A stretch of 64,000 nucleotides of DNA from positions 12,958,001 through 13,022,000 of the forward strand of contig NC_047074.1 of assembly GCF_902459465.1 (NCBI RefSeq). Direction: 5' to 3'. This stretch comes from Asterias rubens. Lineage: Eukaryota. Within the stretch, counting starts at the first letter, position 1. Each line of letters opens with the position of its first letter. The notes below the pieces were generated by a model, which had not been told where the DNA came from, made no database searches, and saw nothing but the letters and a program-made list of their open reading frames with translations. The position numbers and the translations under genes are program-made. Below are positions 1-12,300 of this stretch, piece after piece.

Positions 1-163
1 TAATGATACATGACATAACAAATCTGTGAAACTTAGTGATCAAGTGATCATCGAACTTACAAGTTAACAATAAGAAAACAAAAGAACAAAAAACACCCGT
101 GCTGTATAACATTGTTTGCCCTGAGATAAATTGATTTGAATTTTCTTTTCCATTTTCTGTCAG

Positions 164-342
164 GTAGTCGGGATGAAACCCAAGAGGCCCTCGGCCTTCC
201 ACAGCCCAAAATCGGCTCTGGATCACCCTTCAAGAATTTCACTCTTCGGAACCTGAAGATAAGCTCCATCTTAGCATTTGCCCGCAAGCTCCATCTGGAG
301 GATACAGCAGACGAACTGCTTAAAGTTGTCAAGACGATAGTC
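164..342 (+). CDS. Giant gene exon 1/96 (first visible)
   Basis: cag|GT..GTC|gtaagt; SRDETQEALGLPQPK..LLKVVKTIV. Confidence 0.8.
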
Positions 343-3300
343 GTAAGTTTAACTGGAAACAAAATGAAAATATAAAAGTTACTCCTATTGTTATGACCCT
401 TCCATGTTTTTTTTAATCAAACAAACCACAAAAATCCTCTATAAACATGTTTGATATAAAAAGACCCTAAAGGTCTAATGATTCAACACACATTATCAAG
501 GCTGTAATAGTTGTTTAATCAATTTGCAAGTCGGATAAATATTTATTTGGTTTTCCATTAATTAGAAACTTGTGAGCGACAAGCCGTGTGTTCTTCCCGA
601 GTCTATGACCAACGATGCTTTAAGGATTGAGCTTCAACAGAGAGGTCTGAGCTCACAAGGAGAGAGGAAGATGCTCCTCAAGCGATACAAAGAACCCGAA
701 GACCGTAAATGTTTATGACTTTCAAATTGAACAGAAGTGATAACAGGACACTTATATCCTTTGAGCGGAAGAGAACATGGACCTTGGGGCTGGGATATAT
801 CCGTCTGTTATCACCCTAACTAACATTTGATCTTCATTTTTGTTTTTTTATTTTTTTGTTTTACAAGACTTATACATATTTGTTTTTAAATGCACCAGAC
901 CCTATACACAATACACCAAATAAACAAGAACTTTTAGTTTTTCTTTAAAACATTTTGTTTATAATTGAGATGAATTCAAAACAGTGTGAACCGTGAAAAA
1001 AAGGAGTAATTTTTGTACCGCCGAGTTATGGCTTGATACTATCTTAAGTGGTTAGCGTGCACAATAGAACAATCCTTAATTATGTGTTTAAGTGAAACAA
1101 CACTCTTTTTTCACCCCGCCACAGGTTGTCCTCTACTTCAGGTCTCCCTACCTAAGAATGTATACTGTAAGATTGATGAGAGCTGCCTGGGTGTAGAATG
1201 TTGTATGAACATTAAACTCTTCATGGTGTCTCTGGCTTTCAAGGCATTCATGAGATTTGATCCCAGTGAGTTTCAGTTCATCATTGGTGTCAACTCGTGG
1301 AACTACACTGTTCAAATCCTGACGGCAGAGTGGGGTAAGTGGGAGTAATGGACCTGTTATATGCACGTGACGTCATTTTAAAAGTGCGTCCTCGTCAGGA
1401 TTCGGCTGAAGCCCTGAGCACTAACGCGAAACACACACGCAATTGTCAAAGTGTTGTGTTGAAAGAAATCATTTAACAATATTACAGTTTTTGCATTTAT
1501 TTTACTTTTTGACCCAAAGTGTTGATGTTTTTTTTTTTACCGAAAAGGTATTTATGAATGGGAATCAAAGTGTGTTGAATCGGTTTTCAACCAGTGGTTT
1601 TAACCCGCCGAGGCCTGGTTCCTGATAATTTACCTCGACTTCGTCTCGGTAAAATTATCAAGAACCAGGCCTCGTTGGGATTAAACCACTAGTTGAAAAT
1701 CTCTTCACAACACATTGATTCCCTTATTAATATTAAGCTTGTGAACTTTGACAAAGCTTCGACTTGATAACGTAGCTTTGAAATTGCTAACAGCTCTTTC
1801 TAAAAGTGTGACTGCATTTTCTGCAGGTACCAAGTCTCACCATAGAACAGTGTTAATTTTGTATTTGGTGATTATTCAGGGAAACAATGGGAGGTTCCAG
1901 TCCCCTTTGATGTACCTTTTGTTGATGACATGAAACTTCATCTTAGGTAAGTATTTCTCGTAAAGTTAAATATGGTAAATGATTCAGCATAATAATAAAA
2001 GCTGTGTTAAACTTAAAGGAGCACGTTGCCTTGGATCGGTCGAGTTGGTCTTTGAAAAGCGTTTGTAACCGTTTGTTATAAAATGCATATGATTAGAAAG
2101 ATATTTTAAAAAGGACAATATAATGATCCACACAAGTATCACTCGAAATTGCGTGGTTTTCCTTTTACCTCGTCGACTAATACGGTCGGCCATTTATGGG
2201 AGTCAAATTTTGAATGGCCGACCTTGTTAGTTCGCAAAGTTAAAGGAAAACCACGCAATTCCGAGGCAAATTTGTGTGGAACTTTCTACTTTTAAATCAC
2301 CTTTCTAACCATATGCATTTTACAAACGGTTACAAACGCTTTTCAAAGACCAACTCGACCGATTCAATGCAACGTGTTCCTTTAAGCTATTTTTGATTGT
2401 ACTGACTGTAAGTGACGTGGCCTTGCCTCTAAAATCTCGTATGTTTTGCACCAGAAACGAGTTTTGCACACTATACATGAATAGCAATTTTTCATTGTAA
2501 TCAATTGAAGGTTCAGCGTTGAAAAGACAAGAACTCAACTTCTTGTCAGCATGAGCGTGGGTTTCTGCCCTGAGAGTGGGGACGCAGAGTGCCTGGAATT
2601 CCTCGATGTGCTTCAAGATTCCGCTGTACCACTTCCCATCTACAACCCTGATGGCACATTCACTTGGCCAGAAAGTAGGTCACATTAAATCATGATTCTA
2701 ATACACTCTCGAACGTTTGTCTCAGTGGTGTAAAGCATTTATGAAACTGTTGCTGTTTGAACGAAACAATAGGCCTAGTTGTGAGATACATTTCGTAAAA
2801 TAGTATGAATTGAACCCATAGGAGAGATGCAAGCTTTCTTAAACTCATCTCACATCTCTTCAAGACGATATCCCCTTTCTCAAGGGTTGACTTTCAGTAA
2901 GTCGAGAAAATTTACTCTCAAATGAAACATAGTTGCAGGATATTTTCGAAAATAGTATTGTATCTCGTCCGGAAGATACCACTTTTCCCAATTTCCCTAA
3001 GTAGTTTTCTATTACGCTTTATCTTCTCCAACTCGCCATCGATTTCCGTATTCAGTAATACTGGGACGCGTTGACTTGGGTCGGGTGAGCTGGTCTATGA
3101 AAAGCGTTTGGAAACATTTGTAAAATGCAAATGGATATAAAGTTGTTTTAAAAGTAGAATATAACGATCCACACAAATATGCCTCGAAAATGCACAGCTT
3201 CTTTATGCGTTGTGATCTAACACGGCACGCAAATGTGTAGTATAGAGTCCACACTTTTACACTTCACAAAATGGCCAACCGTGTAGTACGCGAAGTGTCT

Positions 3301-6300
3301 ATTTAACGTGTCCCTTTAACTATTGATAAAACAGAACTGCTGAAGCTGTTTGTTTCTGTAATCCTCTTTTAGTTGACGTCGAGGAGTATTTCAGCCGTGG
3401 CAAGTTGAAGAAGTTTGTCAAAAAAACTGGAGAGGAGTTTCTTCGGGCAGGAACAGATGCAGCGATTGATTATGTTCTGAGAGAGATTGGCTTGGACAGA
3501 GTATGTTTTGTACTGCTTTCATATGTCTTCATAAATTCCTTGTGTTATGGGTTCAGATGTTTTTACCACCCTCAACCCTGCCAATGAAATTTTCTGCTTA
3601 TTTGGGGCAAGAGAATAGTAGAACCTTCATGCATAATCATCATCATCCTTCGTCCTTGGACGGAATAGTAGAATCAGATTTGATGAAGTGGTGTCAGGTT
3701 GCTTTGTCCCTCATTAGTTGTTGGGTCTCGTTTGGACTGAGATTTGTGTATTTGGTGATGGTTCTGTGTAGCTCATTTTCCTCCTGCCGCAGTTTGGATG
3801 TCCGCCAACATTACAGGAACACTTGTGCTTGGTTTTGCCAAATTTGAATAATAGGAAACCTGTGCATCTTTCTTTTCCCCGTTTGTTAAAACAGAAACTT
3901 CTGGATGGAAAAGAACCTCGTCCAACACCAGCCAGTTTGAGCGACCCTCAGCTCATCGGTGCACTTGAAGGCAGGAATCTGAAAACAACAGGAAGTAGAG
4001 CTGAGAAAGAAAATAGGCTCTCTCGGGATGAACGTAGTAAGTTTGAAAAAGATGCAACCTTTCACAAGAGGGTTAATCACTTTTGTTGGTAACAGGTCTT
4101 CATGGGAGAAATTAAAGTTAGGTCAGATGTTTTTTTTTTTTTTTTTTTTTTTTGGGGGGTATACATTTTAACATATTTTTCTCCACGCAGGTTGTGAAAC
4201 ATTTACTCTACCAGCATTCTCCGGAAAGGTCGCCGAGATTGCCTACTGCTCAATCAGTGAGAACTGCCTCCGTATTGACTGCTGTCTAGAACTGAACATC
4301 AAAGTTTTAAAGTTCAAGTTCAGCCGCTCCTTCGAAGCATTCATTGACGTCAATGCGTGTGATTTCTCGATTACAATTGCCTTTCAGCATTTGCGGTACA
4401 CCAAGTTGCTGTTGAGTTACGATTGGGGTGAGTGTTTATAAAAAGTACTGAGTAAAGTAGCTTTAGAGAAAATGTTTAGATTTGGATCAAGTGCAGCCAT
4501 TTTTTCTTTATCAAGAAGATCATCACTGAAGGATGGAACACATTGTTGTGTAACTTGCTCGGTGGCCGGACACAGTCATTGTTATATTAGCTAAAATGAC
4601 AGCAGAGGCAAACAAAAAGAGGTACCAATAGGCCGAGCCATCAGAAGAACTAAATTTTCAAAGTGTAACATTGGTATAATTTGGGTAAGCAATGTTGTTA
4701 TAAAGGATTTGAGGCATTGCATGGTGAGGTATCAATATTTGGTTTGCGGTAACACCATGCGTGTATCTACTTGCCAGGTAGAGTTTGTTCTTAGTCTTTC
4801 TTTAGTCAACTACCGCGGAGTAGATTTATCGGACGTTCGGGAGACTTCTCAGTTCTTGCTCTAGCTTGCTGTAGTCATCGTCAGGTGACTAAAGCTAGCT
4901 AGTCGAAACGTTGAGACCAATTCAGAAACTGACTCAGTGACAGTGCATGTAATTACAATCCTTTAAAGATGCTATGTCAGATTTTTGGCCGATTTGACCC
5001 CAAAATGTTGATTTTAAATTCAAAAGGTATTTTGTTGGGGGTCGAGAAAGTTACAAGCTTTCATTTGAGCGATTGCTCGAAAAAGTCCGCCAATCATTAG
5101 TGAAATAAAGTGCTCAAAATTAGTTTTTGTCGAGATCCCGACAATATATCACATGACCAATTCTTATGTGTTTTATAAGAAACGTTGTAAATTTGTTTCA
5201 TGGTTCCTGACCATTAAAAGTTAAAGGTTAAACTTGTTTCGTAAGAGCGGGTGATACTCTTTGAAATACCATTCACTCAAAAAAAAAACCCTGTTTTTTT
5301 ATAGTTTGGGGCCAAAACTCTGACATAGCATCTTTAACCTAAAGTAGTAGAGAGAATTGATATAAGTACATACAGGGGCATTGCTTGGTAACATACAGCA
5401 CAGGATAGATTGAGATGGAGAAGTGATAAAGAGGCTTTCCTCCTGCAGTGGAGTGAAACAGAATAGACGATGAGTAGTCCCAGCCAATTTTGTATTCCTT
5501 CCGCCCGGGTACTAGTCACAAAGCAGGACAGTTCGTTTGAGAAGCCTCCCGAACATCTGATAAATCTACTCCGCGTTTTCTTTTTTAATATAATAAAGAA
5601 AAACAGTTCGCTAGGAACACACTCTACCTGGCAAGTAGATACACATTTAGGGTGCTACCGCAAAACCAAAAATTAATATACAATGATATTGTGTTTTCTT
5701 TCAGGCGATGTGAAGCAACAGCAGATCGGACCATTTACACTGAGATACACAATCGATAAACTGGATGATGCAAAGCAGCTCAAGATTGACTTCGGAGCAT
5801 CGGTTTGCCCCATCAACGGGGAGGAGTGCATCTTTGACATTGACATCATTCAGGACTACAGAGTGCCGATTCCATTCTGCAACTCCGACTTTTCACTTTC
5901 TCTGCCAGGTATGCATATAACTTTAATTATGGCATTATTGGTAAGGGTTCCCTACTTAATAAAAGTTTAACATTGTACCATGAGTTAAGAACCGAGTTTT
6001 AGGCGAAACAATGAAACCGTAAAATCCTAATAAATAAGTACCTGCAAACAAAATTTGCTATAAATCTAAATTCAAACACAAAAAAACCTTATATAGAATT
6101 ACCAGACTAGTCAAAAGTGAGTTGAAATTAACAACTTTCATATTTGTTTCTTTTTTAATTGATATTGAGCCCAAAAAAATTTCTATCAGGTGCTTACAAT
6201 TGTTTTGATTTTGTGTTTGTTTTGATACGCAGGGAAGAATAGCCTGACTGATTTTATTACTCAAGTTGGTCGAAATGCCGGTCAGCAAGCCATCAACATT

Positions 6301-9300
6301 CTCCTACAGTTTATTGGTCTGAGAGATAAGATTGACGATGGACCCTGTGCCTCCACAACTCAGGATGGTATGAACAAACAATCAAGTTTTCCATTTAAGG
6401 GTGGTTTTAAACACAATGTGCCAATTTTCTACGTAAGTTCACGTATTAGTTATGTATTTGTTTCTTTGGTTTTCTCCTTTTTCAACATTTTGTTCACAGT
6501 TTCCTTTCTATAGTTGAAAAGAAAGTTTAATGGTTCCTGAGCTTATATCTGTGTTCATTGTAAACCTTGCATTTGCATTTACGAATATTTTCAGTATTGC
6601 AACTTGCAATACAACTTATAAATGAATCAAAAAAGTACTTCTTAAATATTATTAGAATTATTTTTTTATAAAATAAAAACATAACGAAAAAATATATAAC
6701 ATAAACAAATAAATACTTTGTTTTGAACCAGTCTCATTCAATACTCGTTATTTTTTCAGTGTGCACTGACGTAACTCTCCCTCGTCTTCCAAGCACATTG
6801 ACCTGTGACCTTTACGATCGCTGCCTCGGTGTGCGATGCTGTGTTGATCTGGATCTTCAAATCACTGTGTTATCAAGTAATGTATGGCTGGAACTTGATC
6901 CATGCGAGTTTTCACTATCCATGGGATTTGGAAAGTGGTCCATAACCTTCAAGATATTCGACTACCACTGGGGTGAGTATTTTGTAGCTAGTCATTATTA
7001 TCAACAGATCAGTACAGGGGTTCTCTTCAGGGGGTTTATGCAAAGTTGAGTTGGGTGCATACAGATGCAAGTTTTGGCAAGGTTTAATTAAAGAGAAACC
7101 ACTCAGAGAAATAATATCAAGTGAACAATACATGACTGACAATTAGAGAGAAAATAACATTGTTGGTAATTTGACCTTGGTATTGCAACTATTTGTATTA
7201 AGACGTGGTTTCTCTATGATACAAATTGACTCAAATAATGCCATTTCGAAACTAAGATGAATGGATAAACAAAGTATATCATTCGTTTATTATTGTTATC
7301 AGGCACCCAAGAGGAGCTAAAGATCGGCAAGGCCTTGACCCTGATTTACACCATCAACAAATTGACCGAAGACAAGGTGTTTGTGTTGGACCTGGCTCTG
7401 TCTCTTTGTCTTCCCGATTCGAGTTGTGATATAGCGCCCTCTATTGACATCTTGAAAGGAACGCGTGTACCTATTCCGTTATGCAATGAGAACGCAACAT
7501 TCGCCCTTCCAGGTATGCAAATAAAGAGATGAATAGGTTTTTTAAGCTTAACTGTGAAATTGTTCCGCCCCAACTTGAGCTGCAGTCTCTACATAATTGG
7601 GATATCCCTCAGACTTCAGACCAATCAAAATAAACCCAGCTACGGTAGCTTTTAGTCACTGCATTTATCCAATGATTTCATTGTATCCAATGGATTCACT
7701 GGATCTGAGGTTCAGGCACCTGCCTTTATCCTTGCGGTTAAAGACAGGGGCCCAGTATACATAAGGGTATGATTCAGCTAGTGAGGATCAACCTAAGATA
7801 TGGTAAACTGGTTCTTCAAACTTGGAATCTCTGTTAAGAAAATCTTAACACTTTGTGTTAATATTGATAATACATGTATTGTAGTTTATGCAAAAATAGA
7901 AGACAAAAAACACTTCAGTAAAAGATTAAACAACAGGCTCGTTAAAATGGAAATGTTGTCCATTTTTGTTTTACCATCACTAGGTCGTTTCGCACTATGA
8001 TCACGAGGGTCTACATACTAGATGTGACTCAGAATGTTTCATCATCCTTAGCAAAGACAATTTTTATATCTTCATAGGATATGAAGACACCGGACACTAC
8101 TGGTTTTTGTCAAAGACTAGTCTCCATAGTTGCTGTATCTCAACATAGGCATAAAATAACAAACCTGTGAAAATTTGAGTTCAGTTGATCGTCGAAGTTG
8201 CAAGATATTAATGAAAGAAAAAACACCCTTGTCGCACCATGGTCACACGAAGTTGTGTGCATTCAGATACTTTATGATTTCAAGACCTCAAATTCTAAAT
8301 CTAAGGTCTCGAAATCAAATTCGTGAAAAATTACTTCTTTCTCGAAAACTACGTAACTTCAGAGCGAGCTGTTTCTCACAATGTTTTATACTATCAACCT
8401 CTCCCCATTACTCGTAATCAAGAAAGATTTTATGGTAATAATTAATTTGAGTAATTACCAATAGTGTCCTCTGACTTTAAAGACACTGGAAACTGTTAGT
8501 AACCCTTCAAAATAGTTGTTCGCTCTATAAAAGTTTGTTCTGGGTTTAATGATGCATATATCAAATGTAAACAGGTGATGGGACTGTGTCAGACTTCGTG
8601 AAGATGATGGGACAGAATGTAGCCGAGTCGGGTATCGATGCTGTGCTCACCGCTCTTGGCCTGTCAGTAAGTAAACCAGACTAAATGGTACAAGGAGACA
8701 ATTTCCGTAGAAAAAATTTAATACCTTGTTATTTCAATTCATTTTCAATTCAATTCAATTCAATTCATTAAGGTTTATTAAAAAAAATCACAAAATACAC
8801 GACAGAAGTTAAAAAGACTTAAATTGGCGTGTTTACATTCATTACTGTCAACAATGACAATAAACAAAAAAAAAACTGACTTAAAAGAAGAGAAGAAACG
8901 CTCCAGGCATGAATGCACAAAAAAGATAAAAATTGGACTAAACTTGGTAAACATTCGATAAAACTGATAATTCATTATTATTAAAAATTACACAAGACAA
9001 CAAACTCTGACTTAACAAGGAGAAGAAACTGAAGGCATGAATGCACAAATTTAAAAAATTTGATCAAATTTGATAAACATTTGATAAAACTTAACCCAAC
9101 TGTTAGAGATACTTGTTGATCAAGCCACAAATTGTGTAACTTTCAATTCAATTAGAATAATTTTAGTGTCAAGTAAAAAGACAACAAGAACAATTATTTA
9201 CATATCTAAACATTGATGGAAGCTCCAAAACAGCTAAGAAAAAAACCCAGTTAAAATGGTAGAAATAGATTTACACCAACAATTTCACAGCGAGAAAAAC

Positions 9301-12300
9301 AAATATGTAATGAGTATTTTAAAATAACCGTCACAAATAAATAAAGGCCTTCAAACTTTATAACAATCTAAACAAACTGAAGTTCAACCAAACCAAACCA
9401 GCAAAGACAGTTTAACCATTTAACTGACATATTACTCCGCCCATATCGCTGCATTGACCCCATTTCCATTGATTAGAACAAACAATTTAAATCTTATTGG
9501 AATGCAGAGTAAGCTCATACATCTCGTTTTCACGTACTATTTATTTGTAGAAGTTCATTGGTCAGGAGCCATGTGTTCGCCCGCAGGTCACACAGAATGG
9601 ATGGCATAAAGGTAGGTTTGTGGAAAGTGAAAAGAGTCACCTTTAACGTTGATTTAAGATTCAAGTAAAATGGAAGCAAATTTTCTTAATTTTACACATG
9701 GTTTTGTTCACAAGTTGTAGATTTGGGATATCATCTACTAAACCTCATTACATTTCTGCAGTTTGTCCTAGAGATGTCAGACTTCCACATTTACCAAGAC
9801 ACCTCATCTGCACTCTTCCAGAGAAGTGCATGGGGTTCGATTGCTGTTTCGAGCTTCCAATTCCTGGACTGACCCCAATCAGCACCAATGTCTCCTTCAT
9901 ATTTGATCCTTGTAACTATAAGTTGTCACTCTGTCTGGGAAGCTGGAGTAAAGACCTACACATCCTCTCCTATCAGTGGGGTCAACAAGAAGAGGTCACC
10001 ATTGGCAAGGCAGTGTCTTTCAGGTAATCAGTGTAGAAATAACGAAAGATATTTAAATGTTTCAGATATTAGTTTTTATTTGCTTACAATCAAACGTTAA
10101 TTTGGTCCAATTTCCTCACAGTCTAACCATTGACAAGGTCGAGGAATCCTTCCAGATCAACTTGGATATGACCTTCTGCCTGGACGGTGACTGCACTCCA
10201 ATCCCGATCCTCAGTGATGCCATCATCCCCATACCATTCTGTAATCCCAATGCCACCTTTGAGCTTCCTGGTGATGGAAGCTTTGCTGCACTAGCAAAGG
10301 ACCTCGGAGGCAACGTCGGCGAGTTGGCGATCCAGGCTGGTCTACGTAAACTTGGAATTCAGGTTGGTGAATTAAATCAATGGACAGTGCTAACACAGTA
10401 CTTTCCCAAGCTCTGTCAAAAACGAATCACAGGCATATTACTTTGGTGGGATTGAAACCTAAGTCAATTTGTGTTTTGGTTGGACGTGGTGTCCGCATTT
10501 TGTTTTGGGGACGACGGTAGTCCTCAATACTATTGGTAATTGTCAAAGACTAGCCTTCACAGTTAGTGTATCTCAACATATACATAACATAACAAACCTG
10601 TGAAAATTTGAGCTCAATCGGTCATCGAGATTGCGAGATAATAATGAAATAAAAAAACACCCTGTCACAAAAAGTTGTGTGCGTTTAGATGGTTGATTTC
10701 GAGACCTCAAGTTCTAAATCTTTGGTCTCAAAATCAAGTTCGTGGAAAATTACTTCTTTCTCGAAAACTATGGCACTTCAGAGGGAGCCGTTTTTCACAA
10801 TGTATTGTACTATCAACCTCTCCCCATTACTCGTCACCAAGAAAGGTTTTATGCTAATAATTATTTTGAGTAACTACCAATAGTGGCCACTGCCTTTAAG
10901 CTGTGGCATAAATCAAGCTTAGTTTGTTATGTTTAGGCTATAATGTGTCCGAGTATAACGCATTTTATCGAAAAAGCGATGAAATTCTTTATACTCGGCA
11001 TATTACTCCCTGTTGGTGTTAGCTCGCATGAGTCACGGGGAGACTTGTTATCCAGTCTAGGTTTTTCCCTATTAACACGATGCCATGTCGTGTGTGTGGT
11101 ATTATGTATGGTAGTGTTGGGTATTCAGCAACCAATGGGAGCGTTGCTTATATAAGTTTGTGTTGGTTTGGTTTACATGGTTGACTTATTAGGATTGGTG
11201 TTGCAATTGAGTGGCTGAACGTTTGGCGGGAGCATAATTATTGTCACTTTGTCACAGCTCAATTTTGGAGTAACCGAGATTGCCTGGTAGCTAGGGGTAA
11301 TTCGAATTCTATATTTAGCAGCGGGTACCGCAACTTAACTAAACTCAAAACTTATCTTAAGCAGCTTACCAAATTGTTTTGAAATTGTCATCAAGTTCGT
11401 CAATTTGTGGAACTGTTTAATCTTCAGGAATTTGCCATTAATCAGCAGTGTGACCTGACGATACTTGCTCGCGCCGAAAACAGTAAGTTATTTTTCTTCT
11501 TGAGATTACAGGTTTCTAAGCGATCATTATAAACAATAACAGTACATGGGCTCTTTTCTTAAGTTTACTCCTTTTATATATTTCCCTCACAACTTAAATA
11601 TTAGGTATTATTTTAATAGGTGTTAAATTTGCATCGGGGATAGGCCCCAAAGAATGTTAATGTTGGTTTTACTCACCGATGTGTGCTAGCACTGCCGTCG
11701 ATTTCACAAAACTCTTCCTAACTTAAGACTATTTACAGGACTTAGGACGAGTCCCAACCCTGCACGGTAGCATGCAGACCTTAAGATTAATCCTAACTCG
11801 AGATAAGACGAGTCCTAACTCTTTGTGAACTCGACCCCTGTATACTTAGTACTTTCCCGAGTTCTTTGAACAAAAACACAGGCATAAACTCGGGTGTGAT
11901 TCGAACCGACGAGCTTTCATGGAGGTATTATTATATAAATAAAGCAATCTTACGTTTTTTCAACTACATCTGATATGTCTAATTCACTTTACTACAAGTT
12001 TATGTAGACACAAAATTTGTTTTCTTCTTAAATTAACAAGCCGTTCCGTCTTTCAACCCAATAGAATGCCCACTGATGAATAAACCACCTTCAACGAACA
12101 TACTGACCTGCACAGTAGACGACCAGTGTCTTGGTATCCATTGCTGCGCCTCCTTGGATCTTATCTTCACTCGACTATCTACCACAGCTTGGGCCGTTCT
12201 AGACCCTTGCGAATTCGAGCTGTCTGTTGGTTTTGGATCTTGGACTAAAAGCTTGACTCTCTTCGAATATGACTGGGGTGTGGAAAAAACAGTTGACATT

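Noticed and set aside
1388-1435. CTGACGAGGAC on the minus strand and a nearby GAAAC, suggesting a hammerhead
   Set aside because: No complementary stem II followed by GAAA on the same strand.
2013-2385. piggyBac assignment for the TTAA-flanked MITEs
   Set aside because: Termini are AG(G)..(C)CT rather than CC(C/T)..(A/G)GG, which fits Kolobok/T2.
8175-8417. Recurrent ORFs such as ..RPQILNLRSRNQIREKLLLSRKL.. and MVDFETSSSK.. (also 10675, 16729, 24565, 25371, 29057)
   Set aside because: Chance frames in MITE family A copies; stops and indels differ per copy and there is no protein-like conservation.
9431-9450. 16-nt identity atattactccgcccat with exon 77
   Set aside because: Too short and with no flanking similarity; treated as chance.
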